Shown here: positions 26,324 through 39,600 of the stretch, in pieces | Layout of the letters: every line of letters starts with the position of its first letter | How positions within the stretch are numbered: the first letter of the stretch is position 1 | The notes under the pieces: generated by a model | The model's input: only the letters and a program-made list of their open reading frames with translations | Databases searched by the model: none | Told to the model about the DNA's origin: nothing | Source: Tubiluchus corallicola | Lineage: Eukaryota > Animalia > Priapulida | Length of the DNA: 64,000 bases | Reading direction: 5' to 3' | Assembly: GCA_030141605.1 (NCBI GenBank) | Contig: JAQGDQ010000009.1 | Location: forward strand, 1,240,001-1,304,000 | Translations under genes and position numbers: made by a program

Positions 26324-29300
26324 GATGCCTATTACATTCAGTTCGATTTTATTCCTATAACTTTTTCCCTAGAAATACCACCTCCCTCATGTGGGCTGTT
26401 TACCAGTATTTTGGAGAATATATATCCAAAAACTTCCAAACTTCCAGTAAGAAAAACGAGAAGCTAACACTGGTTACACCTTGTTGAATCTTTTATATGT
26501 TAACTCAACTACTCAAGAGTTGAGACTTTTTAATATCTAGGTATAATTCTGTATTGCACAATGTATAGTTGTTAATTGTTTTTAATACTATTTCTTTGTT
26601 TTTTGTAGGCATCGTTTTTAACACTGTTTCTTTTTTTGTGTGGGTTTTCTTGTTACAATCTATACATCTATGACATCAATGCAAGAAACTTTTGGCAACA
26701 ACTCCGGTTCCTACGTCCTAGGGAAGAAGAAATCAGCACTTTGGCACCAGTCTCTAACCAAATTATTTTCAACTCTCATTTTTTATTTTTATAATCTTTC
26801 GTTTAAAAAGCTGGTACAGATACTTACTACTTTGAAGTAATTTTTTCTTTCTCCATTGCTAAATTAAACATTTGTTTATGAGAAATAACTTTACACACAG
26901 CCTATTATTATTTTTTTTCGGTTTACGTAGTATTTAACGTGTATTGCTTTGCCAATGTACATTGTATGTATTGTGCAAATAAAACATAATATAAACTTTA
27001 CGCACACACCAAAATACAGCCAATAGCCATTATACGACGTATAATATTATTTATATTGTGTACTGACCTCTCCGTCTGTACATGCCGCAAACTTGGAGCC
27101 GTCCTCACTCCCCCCCCAACGTACACCCTACACACTGAACAGCAGCTGCAAAGTAAGAACTACTTACCAACTCAAACAGTAAGAAGATGCATGCAAAGCC
27201 TGATGCAACAAATACAAATGCAGAATGTGTAAACAATCAAACATTGGTTCAGTACAATCACTGCCACATTACAAACAGCTGTCTAGCGTTACAAGTGCTA
27301 CAACTGGAAGTTTTGTGCAGGGAAGTCGTGCAGTTGGATTGCCTTAAAAACTTAATTGACCACTATGAAGTAGCATTTGAAGCTCATTGTGAGCTAAATC
27401 TGTAACCACGTTTTGTTCTGATAGCGGGTTCACATCTGATGTCACTGTGTGATAGCAGCTCACAACATAACCAATCAGAGTGAAATAACTGTTACAAAAA
27501 AACTCACATCATCAGTTTGCTGTGAGATAACTGTTATCAGTACAAGGCATATCTAATACAAGCACGAGGCTAATTTATTTAACAACAGTAACCAAAACAA
27601 TGTTTAGCTTTGTGCTAAGCAGAATTGTATTTACAATATCGCAAGTATTACCCATAATTACTGACTGAAAACTGTTATGATATAAATTATTATAATAGTT
27701 ATTATTATAATGGTCAATGTGTCACAAACAAAAATTATTAAAGACAATTAACAGCATTTAACAGACAATATCATGTATTTAAATTTTAAATGTAGTATAG
27801 TTGCCAGATAAAATATCAGAATACTGTGCTTCGTTAAGCACAATTTCCAAGTAAAATCTAAGATCATACTGAACAGGCAAACGAACTACTTTAAGATGCT
27901 GCTCAATATAATTTGAAAATAGGCTGAGTACTGTATGTCTCTGATACATAAAAGTAACATTTGCACAGGCTTTATGGACAGTTTTATTATAAATATAAAA
28001 GCAGCAAAATTACCACTGTGTTTTGTTAAAACTGCTTAGTTGATTTTGTTATTGCCAAATAAAATTTAAAATTGTGTACACTACACACAAATGGACTGCT
28101 GCAAAAATGCAGCTTAACAGTCTCAAAAAATACTTATTGTATATCAAATTTACATTCACATAGGCTTTAATAGTGGTATCTCTCACAACTGACCAAGCAA
28201 AGAAGCACAATTTATGAGTGACACCCAACTGTGATACTTAATCAAATAAGATACCAGAGTTCACACACCAAAACAATTTTGGTGACAGTGAAGCCATGAC
28301 AGGCAAGCAAGAAACTGTCAGATGCTATGACTGCCCCAGTTGAGACATTTGCACATCTTCATTCTTCAACAATGATCTAAATGGCTGGTATGGACATTTT
28401 AAGAGAGACTATAAACAGATTGTGCTGGCAGATGGATCTCCATTTACACAGAGACAATTTGGACTGTATTATTAGGGGTGATTACTTCTTTGATTTGATA
28501 ATTAGGGTTGAGATACCCAATAAGACTGTCATGTTATAACATTAAACTGATTAAGTCAACAGTTTGTTGGCTTCTGTCTGTATGTCAGAATTAACTGTTT
28601 CAAACAAAATAGCAGTTGAAACAATCACTAGTGCTGTTGCACATAAATGCATAGAAACAAAAGTCAAAAACTGATTCAAATTCTGAATCATAAAAAAACA
28701 CAGGCAACTGGTAATGGTGTATGTCTTGATATTGCATGATTATGTCAGTCTGTTTTGCAAAACTGAGTGTCGTTCAAAGGATGTCTTTATTGTTTTGAAA
28801 TAAGAATGAAAGTTTATTGCTGAATAAGCAAGAATTGCTAAACTGCCAAGTTGAGCCCACTAGAAGGTCGCCTACTACATGTATTGTTATGTTAACAAAG
28901 TTCAACACAGAACAGTTAACCAGGGAAAAAGCACTCACTGTTTACACGGTGAATGTAAATTAGTTGATTGTAGCTTGGCAGGCAGTAGTATTTTTGACAC
29001 TTGTAAGCTAATGTATCTGAAAATTGTTCAGTTTTTGAGCAGCAAAATATTGAAATTCACAATGGGTGTGTTTAAAGCTCTCAGAGTAATTTGTGTGCAT
29101 TTCCAATTCCAATTTTAAATACAGGGGGGGGGGGTTCTGTTGTGATACCTATGTAATCTCTAATGATGACGGCAAGATGAAACTGGAGTTTTTCTATGCA
29201 ACAACTGCTTTTGAACACATCAGCTATCAAGTCTAACAGCCTATCAAAGCTTTTATGAAGGCTTCTAAACAGTTATACATTACGTCGTTAAGGAGACTTA

Positions 29301-29761
29301 AGCAAGCAGTAACTCGCTTAAAAACCAAGAAGGCTGCTACACGTCTGCAACGGCATATTTCAACATAACAATAAAAAGCAAAACGGTCTGATCCAGGCAT
29401 ACAATAAAATAAGTGAACATATCTAGAAAAAGCAGGTTTGTCCAAATTGACTGCTGTCACTGTCAGGACAATAATATGCCTTGCTCATACCTTACAGTTA
29501 GGATAGTACAATAAATAATAAGGACCAAGCATCAAGGACAAACAAGAATAATGGACAAAAACCTTTATGTTCTACAAGATGCAAAAACTGAGTCAATTTG
29601 CGCAGTACTTGACAGGAGAAAGCATTGAAAAGAATTTAAAAATTCCAGTACATTTAGTTTATCTATAAACATTAATTTATATTTAATACCAATTCCTTTC
29701 CTTTCAGCATCTTCCTTATTCCATTTGAAAATCACAAAATACCTTGACAAAGTATTTATTT

Positions 29762-30493
29762 TTATTGCTGAGACTGCATGCCAAAACAAGCAGCCACACA
29801 TCCCATACAACAGCAAGCAAATGCTAAAACTGCCAAAGCAAAGTTTATCACAACAAATGCAAACATATAAACTGTTTTGTTGCACCAATCGAAGTCGCTT
29901 TCATGTTGTTGTGAATACCTTGGAGGATAAATCCGATATACCCATACACAGCCTGCAATAAACCATGCCATCAGAAAACATGAAATCAGCGAATCAAGAG
30001 CATTGGGTCTAGCCTTTTCTTCCTCTTCGTCATTCGGGTTCCTTTGTTGTCGAGCTCTGGAACATAAGTTCATTATATTCTTGACGAGTCCAAATGATCC
30101 ACCAATAATAAGAAACAAAGGAACAAATCTTTCAGCTGGACAGTCATTTATATACATTGAGCCAATAACAATCATGGAGATTGGCAGTGCTAATGTAAAT
30201 CCAAGACAAATTGTGCAGCCAACTGTCCCAATCAGTATGACAAAAAGTTTTTTGAAAAATTCTGCTACTCCGCTTGATTCATTTCTTACTTGCTGAATAT
30301 CTCCAAAAAGTGACGCATATGTGGGTGGTGGCTCTTTTGGGTACGGAGAATCATTATAGGCAGGTGCAGGTGGATTTTCCACCAATACAGATGCTGAACC
30401 ATGGTGTTTATCTGCTTCTATGCTGTATGGAGGTGGATCGTTCACATTATGATCTCTTGTACTTCCATAGTCTTCTCCACCAGATGGGTTCAT
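29762..30493 (-). CDS. TMEM272-like four-TM protein (243 aa, single coding exon)
   Basis: N-terminal PPPY/PPTY motifs; LPISMIVIGSMYINDCPAERFVPLFLIIGG, WFIAGCVWVY and CNKTVYMFAF are typical of the TMEM272 family; Cys-rich C-terminus. Confidence 0.85.
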   Translation of the reverse strand: MNPSGGEDYGSTRDHNVNDPPPYSIEADKHHGSASVLVENPPAPAYNDSPYPKEPPPTYASLFGDIQQVRNESSGVAEFFKKLFVILIGTVGCTICLGFTLALPISMIVIGSMYINDCPAERFVPLFLIIGGSFGLVKNIMNLCSRARQQRNPNDEEEEKARPNALDSLISCFLMAWFIAGCVWVYRIYPPRYSQQHESDFDWCNKTVYMFAFVVINFALAVLAFACCCMGCVAACFGMQSQQ

Positions 30494-30688
30494 CTTTAAA
30501 ACTTCGCGCTCTAGTCTAGCTTAACAAACTACGTTCTGGTTCAAAATCAGATTATCATAAAGTCTGGACACTCCTAAGCAAAACAAACAAGATACTCTGG
30601 CAAAATTGATAAAAACTATTTATTTGCAATAGCAGATATCTTCCATCGATGGTGCGTTTTACAATGCGAGATATTAAACAGCATAAAG

Positions 30689-33600
30689 ATGGCTACCTCC
30701 TGCGATGGGAAGTTTCTTCAGCAGTTACTGACAACTCTGTTCTTCTTTTTTATAATGTCGCCTCAGCAATTTTCAGGTGTAGCTAATAATCTGCAAACAC
30801 AAAACTCTAGCGAGCATGTGTCACGGTTGAAAAGTTTCATAACCACACAAAAACATAATCATACGTTATGGATAAATCCTAACCATTTGACTAGTACTAG
30901 TAGTAGCAAAATGGCAAATATGAGTAGCAATAATAATTGTAGTGCGCCGCTTACAGTTACGTCTACAAGTGATCTGTTTTCATTGAGTAAACAAAATCTT
31001 AATCAAAAAAGTTCGCAACGTAATTATGCGACGACTACTATGGGAACATTTTTCACTCCGATTTATAAAATACTCCATCCTTGTGAAGCGCGAGTAGTTA
31101 AATTTGGAGAATCAACTTCAAGTTTCATATCATGTTCAATAAGCTACTCAAGACCTCTTGAGTTTTGCCATCAATGTGTTGTGCCATATTTAGAAATGGA
31201 AAAACATTACAACGATATACTAAAGGTATTACATGATTCTACAGTGTACACTTGATTATCCAGTTGTGGGTTAAGCGTGCTGCTGAATATTCATGCAGTA
31301 TCCTGAATTGTTCCATCTGGCTCCTGTATAAGACAGAAATTAAACAAGTTTATTTATAACAGTTTTAAGTGAATCCAGTTAAACCTATAGTTTTGTATAA
31401 CTGTGGAATTTCAGTTTCTTACCACCTTTTTATTTGTATGTACAAAACACACCATAGTTTATTACCCCGTGTTTCATAAATCCTGTCGTACGTATTCATC
31501 AATATCACTTCACCAGATTTAATGAGTATAGGACCATTTTGTAGGACCAATGTTGCCAGACTTCGTAAAATATACCGCTTCAAATCTATGGAATAAAATA
31601 TCAATTTATGTCACAACATAAATTAATTTTGACATTATTTTGTTTGTGTTCTGTAATCATTCATTGTTAAACTGGATAAGTGCATGGAATACTATTCCTA
31701 AATAAAGAAATACTATATAGACTGTAGCGCGGACTAGTGGAATGGCAAACTTCATTACTTTGTTGTCTGCTGGTCGCAATAAATGCATCTAGTGCATTAC
31801 ATTACACTTGATGTTGGATGCTACCAAAACTTTTACTATGCTATATTGGATACATATAGCGGCAATCTCTGCTTTATGAAGTAAAAATGATTTTTAGAAA
31901 GAATCATGCACGTTGATAAAGAAACATGCTGTGCGGTAAAAAAAATTTCTTTCTCATCTTTTACATAAACTACCGCACCTTTATTGACAAGCCATACCTA
32001 TCCGAATGAATTTGTCACATTTGACTGAATACATGCTCTCTATATTCCCTGGGGTAAATCATATATGTTGGCTACATGTATATACATTTGGATATACATT
32101 TGTTAGATATATGTTTTATATCGTGTGTATGTCATTGTAACATTAAAAAAAATGTTTGCCTGACATATAGGACACAAGTAGTGCATTTGTATTATCCAAA
32201 CATGGTCAGGCAATGTTAGCACAGATAATCGAGAATATACTGTAAAGCATTGCGTTTCTATGACACTAATCAAATCTTTGCGATTACAATTTTATAGCAA
32301 AGAAAACCCTTTACATATACAAAGTTAAAAAAATTGAAATTTTATATCATATTTCCGTGTTGCACACAGAGTTTATATTAGCAGCAACACTGTATCAAAA
32401 CTCGAAAATTGAAATCCCCTCGATGACTGTTAATACCATTTTAATGGTAAGTTTAATGGTTTGAAACAAGCTTAGGTAACATTACATAAAGTTTGAAAAA
32501 ATAGCCAGAGCATTTGTAGTGCATACTTCACTACCTAAGCAAAAGTATAAATTACTGTATCTTGTCAATAAGATTTAAAATGTTTTTCGGTGAGTCAGTG
32601 GTGCACATTGGAAAGGTAGGTCAGTGACGTTTTATCAAATGACATGAACATTTTGGATAGTTACTAAAAATTTTCTCTTTTAGTTACGTCTTTCAAACAA
32701 GTAATATAACTTTGTTTAGAAAGTTTTTTGATAGATACTTTAAAGTTGCCTTTTCTTCCCCTTTAAGCATAATACATAAAATAGATTGTTAATAAACGAG
32801 AATTTGTTTAATTAGTCAATAGCCAAACTGCTCATATGTTTTGTGGTTAAAAAGTAAATATACTAACTATATTACTGGTCGCCTGGTTAAGTTTTTCCTT
32901 TAGGTTTTCTATTTCACTTACAGTATAAAACACAAATCGCAAATGTAAAAATTTATATTGTCCCCTTGTGAACAATTTCTCAGGTTTTCATTAAAACGGT
33001 CAGGTATCTTATGTGATTGCTAATTAGTAACTATGAAGTAAATTAGACATTTCTGTACTTGAAAATGTTGTTCAGGATCATGATAAGAAATGTGCTTATG
33101 GCAATTGATGTCATCTACAGAATACCTTATCCAAAGAAATGAGGGCTTAAATGGTAACTATTTGTAAGCAGTTCTCTCTCAATCGCCTTTTGAAACTGTC
33201 AACTGGTGAAGCACCAATGGTTGATGTTGGAAGACGATTCCATGGCTGAACTGCACAAGTAAGATCTGATGATTGGTTCAAGCTGGTTGCACAGATAAGT
33301 TAGATTCAGTGGCCACGAAGAACTTTATGAGGCCTGGAAAAAAGTCTACCTGTGTTAGAATCGTGTTTCCAGTTATTATTTTGAAGCAGTTCGCAAGGTT
33401 TACAGTCTCACGCTTTGTCTTTTCTCAAGAGTGGAAATCAAAGTGGGATCTAAGTCAATAGCAAGAAGAGTACATATCTAGAGTTTTTTTCAAGTGCATT
33501 CCTGAAAGTAGCATACTGGGGTGACCATACAACTGGCGCATATTCAAGAATGGATCTAACAGCAGCTCTATAAAGAGGAATAATTACTGCTGCATTTCTT

Positions 33601-36600
33601 GATATGGTACAGCGCTTGGTCATACCATTATGATGGTTTGCTTTTGCAATGATATGGTTTGTGTGGTAATTCCATTTGAGGTCATTGGAAATCATTATTG
33701 CCAAGCTTTTTTCTGCACAACTTCCTTCAGCTATTTGAACAATTCAGAAAGCAAAGTGTTGTAGATTTTGGGCATATTCTAAGTAAAGCACATTTGATAG
33801 GTTTAAGAGCCATCAGCCATTTGCTGCATTAGTCTGAAATTTCATCCGTCATGTTGGCAATATATAATGATCAAGATCATCCTAAATTGGACGAAACAGC
33901 ATTAAGTATTCTACTAATATTGGATGCCAGTCCCCGGGGAAATACAATCAGTAATATCATTAATACAGATTAGGAAGCAGTATTGGCCGCTTGAGGTTCC
34001 TTGTGGACTACCACTTATAACAGGGTGCCATTCAGTGGATATACCATTTAGAACAACACGTTAGAAACGATGGGTAAGAAAGTTATTGAACCACTTCGGA
34101 AGCTTTCTTTTTATGTCCGGAAGATTTCATCATAAGTAAGAGACACTGATGGGCAGAGTCGAATGCCTTTTGAAGTTGAAACAAAGAACATCACTATTAG
34201 GCAATGTAGGGTCATCGAATAAGCTAGTCCACTGATTTAAACATGACAGTAGATTAGAAAATACATGGAAGTGGAAGTGAACCATGTTGGAATTTACATA
34301 TGCATTCAGTTTGGATAAGGAATGTTAGAATCTGGTCCCACAACACCTTTGACAGGTCCAGAAATTATTATCGATACTAAATTAACAAAAGCCACTCTAA
34401 TGACTTACATTTTACTCACCAAAACTTACATTTCTTGAGCCTAATTTGAACAGTAATGTGGAAGGCCTACGGATTTGTTTTATGAATAATTCACGTTCCA
34501 AATCATAGGCCTAGATATCGTTGAGATAATGTGCATTTCAAACTTATTTAGAATGATGATGTTCCATCAAAGCAGCTGAAGATGCTAATTGACATTACTA
34601 TTTAGTAAAACATTCTGATTAATGTTATTTTAATAAAAATTACATGTCGTGTTTTACTGTCATGTTTTTTTTTGTGAATGACCATGTCATTTAACTTTAT
34701 ATGAGATTTTGCGATGGTCCGTTTCAGCACCCTCTTATTAACTGAAAATTGTAATTGCCTTTCAGTTGGTGGATACAAGGGGTTAGTGTGCACATAGTTT
34801 TGTTTGGTGTCTTACATAGAAATTTTCCTACCCTATGTGGTGTTTTTCAACGTTGTTTTTTTTTGTAGGAACCATTGGAAAATGACACTGACAAAACCTG
34901 TAGTGAAGTTATGCTCCACGGAGATCGTGTACAAATCACTGAAGCCATTTATGAATTTACTGTAGAACTATGGGAAAGTTCTAATTGTTTTGGCAAGTCA
35001 TAGTGCTTCGTTTATATAATTTCTGACACTACAAGCCTATATCTCTCCTCTTATTATGTTGGTTGATGCAGCAGGACTGAAATTTTGTTCAATATAATTG
35101 ATAACATTTTAAGATAGGATACTAAACTGGCAGAAGCTTCTGGACCACATTCGTGTATATATATATGTATATATATATATATGTATTCATGTTCCCAAAA
35201 CAAGGTTAGTGTGGCAGTTGAAATGTCCCAAAAATAATTTTCATGGTGGTCACTCATTCATTTACTAGCCAGGTCCTGTACTGCTTAATATCGTTCACTA
35301 GGAACACACTCTGATCACTGAGCATTTTCTCTTATCCATGGCAGATTTGTAGTGTTTATGTTAATGAGATGTAATAACTTTTGAATACAAATTTTCTAGC
35401 AAGTTTTTCATCATTTTTCAATGTTTGTAGATTGTTTTCATTGTGAAGACAAAAATGGTACAAAAGATTGCCAGCCAACAGAAGAAGTGAAGAAGTTTAC
35501 AGTTTTGTATAAACAGTTGCAGCAGTGCATAAACAGTTCAGTAAGTATTGTGTATTCGTTGTTGTACTAATTACCATGTGTGGCAGTGTGTAATGTCAAT
35601 CATAGTTAATGCTGTGTGAAAATTGCACCGTTTGTGTTATAGTCCAGCAAGTACACTTGTTAAATAATTATAAAAGTTTCTTGGATTATATCCATATGGT
35701 ATCACGTTGTTGGTTATTGTTTTAAGATTCTATGAATTAGTTTATGTGGTATTAAAAAGGCCACTACAAAAAAAACTGATATTAGATAGGAGATGTTTCA
35801 GTATAGTAACAACCATTTTCGTCACTAAAATAGCTGATAATTCATATTTTAGACTTTGTCAATTGGCTACGTTTTTTTTAATTTATAGCTAGCATGTTTT
35901 TTTGTGAATTTATCTGTTTGTTTGCATCAAATGTGAACGGGGTCAAAATTCTTGGATTCTTTTGCAGCAGTTCACAGTTTTTTGCAGATGATTTCAGAAT
36001 GTTACAGATAAGAGCAGATTTTTTTCTTTGGGAATTATGCAACAGTTAAGTACAAAAGGACGAGCAATAAATTAATAAATTATTTAATTAAATTTTTTCG
36101 TTTTTTTGCTGATTTTAAATTTCCTGTCACGGATATTGTGCAGATGTAGATCAGTGTGGCATGGTGCAGAGGTTAAATGAAAATTAAAAAAAACAACTCC
36201 ACCCACTTTTACTTTGCATCATTTCATCATCTTTTAGGCGTTTGGTCAACCATTTGACGTAGACTTGTCACCTAAGAACAGAACAGCTATATGCAAAAAT
36301 TGTGAAGTCATCTATGTCAATCTAAGTAATCATTTTAACCGACTCCATAGTGGGCAGATGGAAAAAGTTTGTATGGATCTAGTTGATGCGGTGAGTGTAT
36401 CTTGGTAGTTATTAGAAGCTGATACTATTAGAACTGTAGTCTAGCATTTGAAGCATTTAAACTACATTAGCTGCACATTGTACGAATTTATTCCCATTTG
36501 ATAAATGCAAATGCATTTTTATACACTAGCAGGCTACATTTTGAAATTACAAGTAATGCCAAAAATAAGTTGAATACCTTAACATCAGTAACTCAGCTGT

Positions 36601-39600
36601 GTATTAATGTTGTTTGATTTTTTTTCCCGATCCGATATTTAATGTTGGGCACCGATTCAACGTCATTCGATATAGTAAAAAAATCCCCAATATAGCATTT
36701 TTTGTTTATATATGTGGCACCTGCAAATTTACCTGCAAGAGCTATATAAAAGATTGCAATTGTTTTTGCAAGTAGGCCTATTTATTCAAACTAATGATCC
36801 TAAATTTATTTACGAAATCCAAATCTATTTACAAATTTAAGTAATATTGATGTATACTGAAGTATGTATATGTAATGCTGTTTAAGAAAAGTACGTTTAA
36901 CCAAAACATAATAAGATTTGGTAGTTTAACACTCAGATTAAAGTTTTGTTACTGAAATGATGAACATATTTAACATCATTCTGATTTCCAACTATGTAAC
37001 TCCAACATTTCAATTGAAATTAGTGAAATTGACAACACCATGAATGAAAACGTTGTGGTAAACCTTAAACTGACAACAGTATTACATGAAAAGAAATAAG
37101 AAAAGGTTAGCACTGCATGAGTGCTACTCTAGATTAAATTGTGAATGATTATCGAATACCAAGCAGCTCAGCCTGAGTTAACTGCAGCATGTATTTATCG
37201 AACTTTTGCTAAATATTGGGGCAATTAGAATCAGGTATCAAACAACACTGTTGCAAATATATTGACTTTTGTTGGGGAAGAAATGGCTGAGCGGGCAGAT
37301 ATGTACTTATTACAACATGGATATACTGCTAAGAAGTTTTACCTGCCATGGATCGTAATTCTTTGAAAGAGGAAGTAAACACATGTGGGTGCTAGCTCAT
37401 CTTGCAGGTTTATCCTTGATAGCTAGGTTCCTGTCTTGCCACAGCCATCCCCCTGATCTTACCAGTGACTCCTAATCTATATAAAAATGCATGTGACGTA
37501 GAGCTGTGTGGGATTTGTGAGCCAAGCTATGCACATTTGTTTAGTGAGGACTAGGCATACACTTTTACTGTGCATAACTCAGTATGTGTACTGAGCGTGT
37601 AGAGTCTATAATATGCTGTAGGCTGACATTTATTAAAAAGAAATGCAGCTTTCTACATTTGCTTTCATTTTTTGAAGAAAAAAAAACAGTTGATTATTGT
37701 CCATAGCTATAGAGAAAGGCTAATTCTAAAAGCTGCGAGCCTTTAGATTTTAACTGGTTAAAATATGACTTGTGGGTTGTGAAATGAGTGCTACGTTTGT
37801 ATAGAACTTACGTAATGGCCTAATTACAGTACTACATTATACTGCTTTGCAAGGTGTTCCAAGATTTACTGTACATTTCAGATGTTTGTTGCATAATAAC
37901 TTATTAATTGATGATTGTCTGATTGACGTGTAAGCATTTTTCAAGAATAAAAATTGTCAAAATTAATAAAAGTCGTTATTTGATAAAACGTGAGAAAAAG
38001 TGAAACCTAGTGAGTTTCTTTTCATTTGGACGTTGTTGCTTTTCTACCTGGCTTTATATAGTTTTTCCATGCGTGCATTGCAATATACTTTGAGAATCAA
38101 TGCAACCTCAAAAGTTTCCACCAATCAGAGACTGTTACTGCACATTTTTTTTATAAAATGAAATAGCCTAGTGGTGGCAGAGACACAGGGTTGTAGAATA
38201 TAATCGAAACAAGTTTAAAATGTAAGAATGATCCTAAAAGTTGCCTAATATGCTACTGGGGGAACATACAGCAAAAATTTAACTAATTTCTTGAATATTC
38301 CTGTCTTAATTACAATGTGGAAAGTTATTATTACAACAAAAATGCAGCAAAACAAGCACTGCATTTTTTAGGTTAACTTTAATATCTAGAAAACTTATTC
38401 ACAGCTGACAGCCTTTTGAACCTGCTTTTGAAGTGACATTTTACAAACCATCTGTACAAATAGCTCAGTTGTAATGCATTTTTTTTCACTTGGTGCATCA
38501 CATGCCAGAAAGCACCAAAAGGCAGGGCCTGTTCAGAGATCTTTGTGGTTTGATCTGGTTCATTATCAAGGACATACCTGTAAGAGGAGTCAATGAACGG
38601 CACTGATGCATATACATCCTCCCTGTCTACAAGGCGAACATTCGAGGATGTAAGTTTACACCACTTGCATGAAGCATGGGAATCCTACTTCTCAACTGCA
38701 GGTCTCGCCAAAACGGGAAAATTATGCTGTTGTGCTTACTGGGTCTTACCTCATGTCTTTAGAGGATTCATTAAACATTCATCTGTCTAAACCATTTGAT
38801 GAGCAAAAATTGTGGCACTGAAGCAGCGTTCCATGAAATTGACGAAAAAATATTGTTTACCAAGGCTGCCTCTTTTTGAATCATGGCAAGGTCAAGACTC
38901 CATGCTCAACGTTAATAATGTTGCTCAGTGTGACTAGTGTTTCACTAGTGTGTGCTGCCATGTTAACCCTCAAGTGTGTTCACATTGGAGAGCAAAATTC
39001 GCTGTGAGTTACTGTTCAAGTAAGTGCAAGCTGACTACGGCCAAATCATGTTGAAAACACCGGTTCTCGTCTGATCACCGAAGTTAAGCAACATAGAGCC
39101 TGGTTAGTGCTTGGATGGGTGACCACCTGGGAATACCAGGTGCTGTAGGCTTGCGGGATGCCCACACTGTATCTCCACACTAGGTGGAGGAGCTGTACAA
39201 GCAGCCAACGGCTAGAGGGCGGAGGAGGTCAAGTGACCCAACAGCCATGTGTAGAGGAGTAAACCTTCCAAATCAGGAGTGGAGCCCCGAATGCAGACCA
39301 GTGCAGCATGCTCACTGACTCCGGCAGCTCCTGCAGCCAACCTGGTGCCAAACGTATTGTTCCGCTTTCCTTTGGACTACACCAGGGAGGAAAAGAGGGG
39401 TTTCCTGTTGTCTGGGCAACTCAGGCTCTCCATACACCTTGCCCAGGCATGTACAATGGAGACGTTCAAGGATCGAACTGCTCAGCCACAGTCGACGCTG
39501 CAGCTCCATCAATGTGATCAATAACTGACTCTCTTGGCACATGTTCTATTGTCTTCCGAGACAGAAGGATGCCAACAAAAGTGCAAGCTGACACTTCCTT

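Noticed and set aside
39033-39152. Functional 5S rRNA gene
   Set aside because: It is a solitary intronic copy with substitutions and no T4 terminator, fused to a retroelement body inside a TSD.
39153-39260. HDV-like ribozyme at the start of the RTE-derived body
   Set aside because: RTE 5' ends can carry such ribozymes, but I could not build the nested double pseudoknot by eye; a covariance-model search would be needed.
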